Notes under the pieces: model-generated | What the model was told of the DNA's origin: nothing | Databases searched by the model: none | Seen by the model: only the letters and a program-made list of their open reading frames with translations | Translations under genes and position numbers: made by a program | In this document: piece by piece, positions 57,531-64,000 of the stretch | Position numbering within the stretch: the first letter of the stretch is position 1 | Layout: every line of letters starts with the position of its first letter | NCBI GenBank assembly: GCA_964657395.1 | Contig: CAZZUX010000006.1 | Span: 6,192 to 70,191, forward strand | From: an uncultured Ktedonobacteraceae bacterium | Lineage (GTDB): Bacteria; Acidobacteriota; Terriglobia; Terriglobales; Acidobacteriaceae | DNA length: 64,000 nucleotides | Reading direction: 5' to 3'

Positions 57531-58124
57531 ATGATGAGAAGAGCAGTCTGTAGCCTGGTAGTGATGGTTCTCGCGAGTGGCAGTTTGCAGGTTCTGCCGG
57601 CGCAGATGAAGGAAAGTTCGCCGAAGATTGCCCCGGGAACCATGATCGATCCGGCGAAGAGTTTCGATGCGATGCTCACGGGCTTTGAGAAGGAGCTTAC
57701 CGGCGCAGCCAAAGCGATGCCGGCAGAGAAGTATTCGTTTGCGCCGGGTTCGGCAAATTTTGCTGCAGGGCAGAAGACCGAGTTCCAGGGCGTGAGAACC
57801 TTTGCCGGGCAGGTGAGCCACATTGCGGAAGCGAACTACTACTACGCGAGCGCACTCAGCGGCCACAAGGCCGACGTCGATGTGGATGCCATCGGCAAGC
57901 TGCAGGACAAGGAAAAAATTCTCGCGGCTCTCGACGCTTCTTTTGTTTTCGCGCACAAGGCCATCGCTGACCTGACCGTTAAGAACGCGTTCGAGAGTGT
58001 CCGGGAGACACAGACCCGCGCCTCGCTGGCGGGCGGCCTGGTGGCGCACGGGTTCGACCACTATGGGCAAATGGTGGTGTACCTGCGGATGAATGGCATT
58101 GTTCCGCCGGCAAGCGCCAAGTAG
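57531..58124 (+). CDS. DinB family protein (secreted)
   Basis: 197 aa from the ATG with AAGGAG upstream. Signal peptide, and His-containing helices ([26 protein letters not shown]) typical of DinB_2. Confidence 0.75.
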   Translation: MMRRAVCSLVVMVLASGSLQVLPAQMKESSPKIAPGTMIDPAKSFDAMLTGFEKELTGAAKAMPAEKYSFAPGSANFAAGQKTEFQGVRTFAGQVSHIAEANYYYASALSGHKADVDVDAIGKLQDKEKILAALDASFVFAHKAIADLTVKNAFESVRETQTRASLAGGLVAHGFDHYGQMVVYLRMNGIVPPASAK

Positions 58125-58347
58125 CCGCGCTTAATCAGATGGGCGGTCCAGCGACACAGCCTTCTGGTCGCCGTGCCGTCGAATTTAGGAGACAACGGCG
58201 GATGGTGGCGGTACCTTATTTGAGAATGTACGATTCCGAACATATCTGCCAGCGATTTCGAGTTGTAAAGAAGACCTCCAGCATCTTCTTTTCATACATT
58301 TTTCAGTGTAGCGATGCTGGAGGGACCTCAACGATCGGGATGCACAA

Positions 58348-59176
58348 TTGCGAGCTGATGAGCAGAAGTTAGAAGCTGCAGAGCAGGTGGATACGGGCCT
58401 TGAGGTCCTGGACATCGAGACAAACGCTTCGTTTGCTCGCCGCACAGTGCGCGTGCGCAATGCCACCCTGCACATGGAGGGGCTCCGCCAACTGGCGCAG
58501 ACGTTTTCGAAAATCCGGAGACAATTCTGCAGTCACTGGTCACAGCGGCGATCGATGTTTGTGGGGCAGACAGCGCCGGGATCAGCATCGAACGAACCGA
58601 CGCTACGGGCGAAAAGTGTTATGAGTGGGTTGCGACGGCCGGAGTCTATGCCCCATTTCTGAAGGCGATTCTGCCGCGTTCCCCCAGTGCGTGCGGTATT
58701 TGCCTTGAACGAGGACGGCCCCAGCTTCTGAGGGTCTCGCAACGTTTTTTTGACTTGCTGGGAGTTGAGGCCGCGACAGTGACTGATGGCATCCTTTTGC
58801 CCTGGCAGGTAGAAGGCATCCGCGGCACGATCTGGATCCTCGCGCATGGACGGAGTGAAGCCTTCGATATAGCAGACGGCCAGGTCATGCAGCTGCTTGC
58901 CACTTCGCCGCAATGGGTGTGCGACAGAAACAACAACACGAGATGCTTGTGCAGCAGGCCTGTGCGACAGCCGCGACTGCAATGGCCAACGAATTGGCAC
59001 ACGGAATCAACAATCCTCTGCAGAGCCTGACGAACCTGTTGTACCTGGCGCGCGAAGGCCCCGAACGGGGGAGCGCCAGGATGCTGGCCGCTGAACTTTC
59101 GCCGCTGCTTGAAAGAGTCTCGAGCCTGGTGGAACAGCTGTTGATCCTGCCTGTGGCTGTAGAAAACAACATCTGA
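58348..59176 (+). pseudogene. frameshifted GAF / HisKA-type sensor gene remnant
   Basis: The reading frame passes from frame 1 (58348-58509), to frame 0 (58509-58901, GAF-like ENPETILQSLVTAAIDVCGADSAGISIE...GILLPWQVEGIRGTIWILAHGR), to frame 2 (58901-59176, AMGVRQ...ANELAHGINNPLQSLTNLLYLA). Each junction shows a 1-nt codon overlap. No ATPase domain follows. Confidence 0.65.
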
Positions 59177-59185
59177 CTTCTATCT

Positions 59186-60049
59186 TCAGCGCCAGTCGTC
59201 GCGAGCCTGCAGGGCGTCTGTTGCCACCTGCTCGAACTCGGCATGCTTCTTGATAAAGATGTCGTCGAAATTGCGATCCTGCCGCAGCAGGATTGCTTGT
59301 AGGCGCACCAGTTCCAGAAGGGCCAGGAACATGGCGATGACGGCGCGCTCACTGCGGGTATTTCGCAGCAGCTGGCGCAGTGCGACAGGCTTGTCTTCAA
59401 TGGTGAGACGGCGGCGGATGAATTCGATCATCTGGCCGACTGTGACTGCATCTTCATCCACGTCCAGCACCGGGCGCTGCTTGGCCCGTTCCAGGATGTC
59501 GCGAAACACACGTACCAGGTCGGGAACATCTGCGGCGATTTCCTGCGCCATGCTTGGATCGGTATCCGGATCGATGCCGGCATCGGCAACTTCTGCGCGG
59601 AAGTTCCGAAGACCCGGATTGGTCCAGGTGGCTTCTTCAATCTGCTGCTTGGTCCGCAGCATCTGTGCGGCATTTTTGAAGCGCTCATGTTCCAGCAGGC
59701 GTTCTACCAGTTCGCGGCGCGGGTCTTCTGCTTCGGCATCGGCGGAGTCCACAGGTGCTCGCGGCAGCAGCATGCGGCTCTTTATGTGGATCAGCAGGGA
59801 GGCGGTGTAAATGAATTCCCCGGCCGCATCGATATCGGTTTGCTTCAGTTGTTCGACGTAGGAAAGAAACTGCGCCGTGATGCGAGCGATAGGAATGTCG
59901 TAGATGTCGATGTCCTGCTTGCGGATCAGGTCCAGCAGCAGGTCAAGCGGGCCATCGTAAACCTGCCCGATGTTGACGGAGAATGGATAGCTGTCTTCGC
60001 GTTCCGCGCTCTTCTTGGCTGCTGCAGCGGCTTTGGAGTCGTCGCTCAT
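59186..60049 (-). CDS. scpA: segregation and condensation protein A (kleisin)
   Basis: 287 aa. FSVNIGQVYDGPLDLLLDLIRKQDIDIYDIPIARITAQFLSYV is typical of ScpA. The start overlaps the trpS stop by 4 nt. Confidence 0.92.
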   Translation of the reverse strand: MSDDSKAAAAAKKSAEREDSYPFSVNIGQVYDGPLDLLLDLIRKQDIDIYDIPIARITAQFLSYVEQLKQTDIDAAGEFIYTASLLIHIKSRMLLPRAPVDSADAEAEDPRRELVERLLEHERFKNAAQMLRTKQQIEEATWTNPGLRNFRAEVADAGIDPDTDPSMAQEIAADVPDLVRVFRDILERAKQRPVLDVDEDAVTVGQMIEFIRRRLTIEDKPVALRQLLRNTRSERAVIAMFLALLELVRLQAILLRQDRNFDDIFIKKHAEFEQVATDALQARDDWR

Positions 60050-61206
60050 ACGGTCTGTCCGGCATGCGAAGAAGGTACGAGGTCATCGGCCAGGTGTATG
60101 GCTGCACGGACCTGCTGCATGGTCTGTTCAGCGCGGTGCGTGGCACGAACTTTTCCGTCGAGCAAAATGTCGACGACCAGGGAAGGATCCTGTTCGTAGG
60201 GACGCCGCCGATCCTGGATCGGAGCGAGCGCCGCCACGATGGAGTCCGCCGCCCAGCCTTTGCACTCGATACAGCCGATAGCTGCGGTGCAACAGCCGTC
60301 GTATACATTTGCCAGGGTCTGCCTGCTGGAGAAGACCTTGTGCAGATCGCCGACAGGACATTTGTCCGGATTGCCCGGGTCGGTGCGGCGGACACGCGCA
60401 GGATCGGTGACCATGGTTTTCAGCTTCTGCCGGATGGTGGCTTCGGGGTCTGTCAGCAGGATGGTGTTGCCGTAGCTTTTGGACATTTTGCGGCCGTCAG
60501 TACCCGGCAATTTAGGTGAAGGCGTAAGCAGAGGCTGCGGCTCGGGCAGGATGGGATGCGTCTGCGGCGCAGCCGGAAAGTAGAACTGGTTGAATCGCCG
60601 CGCAACTTCGCGCGTGAGTTCGACATGAACCACCTGGTCCTGACCGACAGGTACAAAATCCGCCTGGTAGATGAGAATGTCGGCCGCCTGCAGCAGCGGA
60701 TAGCCGAGAAAGCCGTAGGTGCTGAGGTCGCGGCCTGAGAGGTTTTCCTGCTGCTCTTTGTAAGTTGGTACACGCTCAAGCCAGCTGAGCGGCGTGACCA
60801 TGCTGAGCAAAAGATGCAGCTCGGCATGTTGCGGTACGTGACTCTGCACGAACATCACGGACTGCTGCGGGTCGATGCCGGCGGCGAGCCAATCCATAGC
60901 AACATCGAGGGTGTTCTGTCGGACGCTGGAGGTGTCTGCGTAGTCGGTCGTCAGTGCATGCCAGTCGGCGATGAAGAAGTGGCAATCATATTTCGCAGCA
61001 CCGATGGCGCTGCCGGCAACTTCAGAGCTATCACTCGCGGAAGCGCGTTCATCCTGCAGGCGTACCCAGTTGTAGAGGGCGCCCATGTAGTTGCCAAGGT
61101 GCAGTTTGCCGGTGGGCCGCATACCGCTGAGAACGCGTCCGGGTCCAGCGTAAGTGGTTGGCTGTTGAGCCTGGTCGTGCTTGGAAGGGAAGTCGGATGC
61201 AGGCAT
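60046..61206 (-). CDS. trpS: tryptophan--tRNA ligase (long form with a Cys cluster)
   Basis: 386 aa. HIGH-type GKLHLGNYMGAL, and KMSKS. Cysteines at 283, 305, 306, 312 and 315. Confidence 0.94.
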   Translation of the reverse strand: MPASDFPSKHDQAQQPTTYAGPGRVLSGMRPTGKLHLGNYMGALYNWVRLQDERASASDSSEVAGSAIGAAKYDCHFFIADWHALTTDYADTSSVRQNTLDVAMDWLAAGIDPQQSVMFVQSHVPQHAELHLLLSMVTPLSWLERVPTYKEQQENLSGRDLSTYGFLGYPLLQAADILIYQADFVPVGQDQVVHVELTREVARRFNQFYFPAAPQTHPILPEPQPLLTPSPKLPGTDGRKMSKSYGNTILLTDPEATIRQKLKTMVTDPARVRRTDPGNPDKCPVGDLHKVFSSRQTLANVYDGCCTAAIGCIECKGWAADSIVAALAPIQDRRRPYEQDPSLVVDILLDGKVRATHRAEQTMQQVRAAIHLADDLVPSSHAGQTV

Positions 61207-61257
61207 GTATGCCTACGATTGTACGAGAGGCCGGCTGTGCAACGCGAAAGCTGCTGC

Positions 61258-61989
61258 TCAGACAGACATCAGGATGCCATTGAAGATCTGGAGCGCCGGG
61301 CCCAGGACAACACCGGTAATGGGGCCGCCGAGAAAGAAGATGAGCAGCAGGCTGAACATGCCGAGATTGTCAAAGGTCTTGAGCGAGTTGTAGGGCAGGA
61401 AGTGCCGCAGGATGCGTGCCCCATCGAGGGGCGGCAGTGGGATGAGATTGAAGATGGCAATGAACAGGTTGATGGTGATGGCGCTGTAGAAGATGACGAC
61501 CAATGGAAAGACGATGGTGCTGCGCGCCATCAGGTCCGGCGAGACAAGACCGCGGGCAAGCAGCCGGATATTCTCTGCGCCGAGCGGAGCGAATTTCGCC
61601 AGGCCAACCAGGATTAAGAGGGAGAGGCAGGCGAACAGGATGTTGCTCAGCGGCCCCGCGAGGGTAGACAGGATGTCGTCGCGAACAGGCCTGCTGAAGT
61701 TGCGCGTGGTGACGGGTGTCGGCTTAGCCCACCCGAAAAGGAAGGCGCTTCTGCCGCCGAAGCCCAGGACAGACATGCCGGTGAGTGCGGAGAAAATCTG
61801 GATGAGCGGCACGATGATGGTGCCAAGTGGATCAATATGCTGCGCTGGATTGAGCGTCACGCGACCAAGCATGCGGGCTGTGGGATCACCCAGGCGCGAT
61901 GCCATCCAGCCATGTGCGGCTTCCTTGAGGCTGAGAGCAAACAGCAGAACGAAAAACTGGAAGATCTTGATGGCGATGTCGGGAGTCAT
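61258..61989 (-). CDS. site-2 protease (M50) family membrane protein with a variant metal motif
   Basis: 243 aa. GWMASRLGDPTARMLGRVTLNPAQHIDPLGT and NLIPLPPLDGARIL match the small M50 family. The HExxH position reads KEAAH. Confidence 0.85.
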   Translation of the reverse strand: MTPDIAIKIFQFFVLLFALSLKEAAHGWMASRLGDPTARMLGRVTLNPAQHIDPLGTIIVPLIQIFSALTGMSVLGFGGRSAFLFGWAKPTPVTTRNFSRPVRDDILSTLAGPLSNILFACLSLLILVGLAKFAPLGAENIRLLARGLVSPDLMARSTIVFPLVVIFYSAITINLFIAIFNLIPLPPLDGARILRHFLPYNSLKTFDNLGMFSLLLIFFLGGPITGVVLGPALQIFNGILMSV

Positions 61990-62046
61990 ATCTGGCTAAC
62001 GGTTGATGGTAGCACTGCGATGACTCACTAAAATCGCCGACGGAGA

Positions 62047-63042
62047 CTAGCGCCACCAGTCTGAGAGAACTTCTTCGTCCTTGTTCACCATGGTCGGAAC
62101 ACCTGGAGTGGGCGACCACACCTTGAGCTGATGGATCGCGCGGAGGACCTCGATCGGCTGAGTCCATGGATGCAGCGCGAGATCGAAGAGTCCCCAGTGG
62201 ATAGGCATCAGCAGGCCATGTCCGCCGAGTGCCTGGAAGCTTCGTGCTGCGCCTTCGGGTCCCATGTGAATGTCGGCCCAAAGAGGATCGAAGGCGCCAA
62301 TCTCCAGCATGCTGAGATCGAAGGGTCCGTAGTTTTCGCCAATGTCGCGGAAGCCGTACCACTCGCCGGAGTCGGCTCCGTAATACACGCGATGGTGGGG
62401 ACCGATGAGCGCATACGATGCCCACAGAGTTTGAAAGCGATTGAAGAGACTGCGACCGGAGAAGTGCCGGGCCGGAAGTGCCGTGATCATCAGGCCGCCG
62501 ACCTGGACCTGCTCGGTCCAGTTGAGTTCGGTCCATCGTGGCGGGTCGATGCCGAAGCCGCCGAGGATACTGCCGACGCCGAGTGGTGCGACCCAGCGTG
62601 CCTGGCGAAGGTTCTCCAATCGCGCGAGCTGCTGCATGGTGCCCTCGCCAAGATGATCGTAGTGATCATGCGAGATGAGGACGACATCGATCGGCGGCAG
62701 ATCTTTGAGCGCGATTGTCGGAGGGAAGAAGCGACGCGGGCCGAACCATTGCGTCGGTGCCGCGCGCTCATCCCACACGGGATCGATCAGGACGCGAACA
62801 CCATCAATTTCAACCAGTGAGGAAGCATGGCCGAACCAGGTGATGCGCAAGCCTGAGGCTGGAGGCTGGTCGAAGACGCGCGGATTGGTGAGGAATGGAC
62901 CGGGTGTCTGACGTGGTGAACGTGCGGCCGCTCCGACGAAGAAACGCGGCAACACTTTGAGCATGATCGAGATGCCGCCGAGCTTGGTCGGCACGGGATT
63001 CAGATATTGCTTGCCGCGACTTTCAGCCCTTACTAGCGGCAT
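62047..63042 (-). CDS. MBL-fold metallo-hydrolase (NAPE-PLD-like)
   Basis: VLISHDHYDH motif. Start set at MPLVRAES to avoid overlapping the upstream gene; the ORF opens at 63288. Confidence 0.82.
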   Translation of the reverse strand: MPLVRAESRGKQYLNPVPTKLGGISIMLKVLPRFFVGAAARSPRQTPGPFLTNPRVFDQPPASGLRITWFGHASSLVEIDGVRVLIDPVWDERAAPTQWFGPRRFFPPTIALKDLPPIDVVLISHDHYDHLGEGTMQQLARLENLRQARWVAPLGVGSILGGFGIDPPRWTELNWTEQVQVGGLMITALPARHFSGRSLFNRFQTLWASYALIGPHHRVYYGADSGEWYGFRDIGENYGPFDLSMLEIGAFDPLWADIHMGPEGAARSFQALGGHGLLMPIHWGLFDLALHPWTQPIEVLRAIHQLKVWSPTPGVPTMVNKDEEVLSDWWR

Positions 63043-63091
63043 GTGCGCCTGCTGTTCATACGAGGCGTGATGGTACTCAGTAAGTCCGTCT

Positions 63092-64000
63092 TCATGCAGA
63101 TCGTTCCGGGTAGCGGTTGTTATCTTCCTGCTGCCCTGACTGATGCTGATCGCCGGAAGACTCTTCCCAGCCATCCCCCTCGACATCGTCCTTGGACTTG
63201 ATCTGTTTGGCGGGTACGCCGCCGGAAATGCTGTTGGCTTCGAGGTCCCGGGTAGCCACGCCCATCGCTCCCAGGATGGCGTTCTCACCTACATGGACGC
63301 CGGCCATGACGGAAGCGTGAAACGTGATGCGTGCGCCCGGTCCGATCTCTGTCCTGCGATTCTGCACATCTGCCTGATTCTTGGGATGGTGGGCATGCGA
63401 ATATACGGCCGCATAATCGCTGAGCGATGTGCCTTTTCGGATGATCAGTTCTCCGCGATCATCGAGCATCACGTATTTGTGAATCGTGCAGTCGTCTTCA
63501 ATCGTAAGGTTGTAACCGTAGCTGAACTCGACACCATGAAAGATCTTCACGTTCTTGCCGATGGCGGCAAAGATGTGTTTGCCGAGCATGGCGCGGAATC
63601 GGAAGCCGAGCCAGTGATTGAGTGCCAACGGAGACCGGTCGAACATCTGCCAGAAATAAATAAGCGGTTTACGCTGTGCGTATTTCTCGTGGTCTATGTC
63701 GCCGTAGTACTCAGGCTCAAGCGTTACGTTGGAAGGATCAAGAGACATCTCTACGGCATTGAAGGGGAGCTCGCTTGAGAGGTTCAGCGACAGCTTACCG
63801 CCATGGGGACGGGCAAACAGCATCTGGTGCAGCGCGTCGCGGACAAACTCATTGCGCAGCCGCGGCTCTTTATGCCGGCCGATCTCGTCGTCCATATAAC
63901 GCAGCCATCGACGAAAGACTTCCTCAGCTTCTGGTGTGGGCTTTAGGTCCCGGTACGGATATTCAGGCATTGCGTTCGCAGCTTCCTTCGGCAGCCTCAT
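63092..64000 (-). CDS. hexapeptide-repeat (LbH) acyltransferase; may extend beyond the right edge
   Basis: 302 aa visible. Left-handed beta-helix repeats (IGPGARITFHASVMAGVHVGENAILGAMGVATRDL). An ATG sits at 64000-63998, but the frame is open to the window edge. Confidence 0.8.
   Translation of the reverse strand: MRLPKEAANAMPEYPYRDLKPTPEAEEVFRRWLRYMDDEIGRHKEPRLRNEFVRDALHQMLFARPHGGKLSLNLSSELPFNAVEMSLDPSNVTLEPEYYGDIDHEKYAQRKPLIYFWQMFDRSPLALNHWLGFRFRAMLGKHIFAAIGKNVKIFHGVEFSYGYNLTIEDDCTIHKYVMLDDRGELIIRKGTSLSDYAAVYSHAHHPKNQADVQNRRTEIGPGARITFHASVMAGVHVGENAILGAMGVATRDLEANSISGGVPAKQIKSKDDVEGDGWEESSGDQHQSGQQEDNNRYPERSA

Noticed and set aside
57389-57823. 145-codon N-terminal extension of the aldo/keto reductase ORF
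   Set aside because: The extension overlaps the divergent DinB promoter and gene start region, and has no homology-like features. The Tat signal MERREFLK sits at the internal ATG.
1-64000. Mobile genetic elements, prophage or defence systems
   Set aside because: No integrase, transposase, recombinase, restriction-modification, toxin-antitoxin pair, cas or phage structural gene could be recognised. The Uma2 nuclease is a common stand-alone gene and has no partner here.

Overview
Gene-dense chromosomal window, moderately GC-rich by eye. Gene content suggests an Acidobacteriota/Terriglobia-type genome: CarboxypepD_reg-like secreted proteins, an ECF sigma/DUF4252-like operon and a Pro/Ala-rich IF-2. 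This taxonomic call is inference only. I support about 58 protein-coding genes, one tRNA-Arg(CCG), one frameshifted pseudogene, several intrinsic terminators, a TetR-type operator and a small repeat family. There is no rRNA, CRISPR array, transposase, integrase or phage gene. Recognisable blocks, left to right: a translationally coupled ECF sigma / anti-sigma / DUF4252-like operon; a PhzF-like isomerase; the glycine cleavage operon gcvT-H-PA-PB; cspA; a Uma2 nuclease; an Fpg/Nei glycosylase; an acyl-CoA mutase large subunit; glgC; a histidine kinase / sigma54 activator / receiver-like module; rph; cysS; an SPL-like radical SAM protein; a secreted glycosidase-like protein; VanZ; guaB; a MASE1-PAS-GGDEF cyclase; rimP-nusA-infB; a ComEA-like protein; a Zn-ADH; MFS/TetR; msrA; scpB-rluB; a roughly 15 kb mixed block (antiporter, CPBP protease, PAS kinase plus amidohydrolase, two CarboxypepD_reg paralogues, Pit transporter, GlcNAc-transferase-family protein, Tat-AKR, DinB); then S2P-trpS-scpA, an MBL hydrolase and an acyltransferase. 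I found no recognisable defence island and no clearly novel multi-gene system. The best leads are: (1) two tandem perfect parS-like palindromes; (2) a two-component module where the sigma54 activator has Glu at the phospho-acceptor position and a second receiver lacks the acidic pocket; (3) a secreted protein whose signal peptide lies upstream of any canonical start codon; (4) an intergenic repeat family with an 18-bp invariant core, including a 200-bp inverted-repeat element that fills the gap between two convergent genes; (5) scpA and scpB split by about 15 kb, with a decayed GAF/HisKA gene at one junction; (6) a TrpRS with a four-Cys Fe-S-type motif and an M50 protease with KEAAH in place of HExxH; (7) two orphan intrinsic terminators that may mark small RNAs. 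All family assignments come from reading motifs by eye, with no database search.
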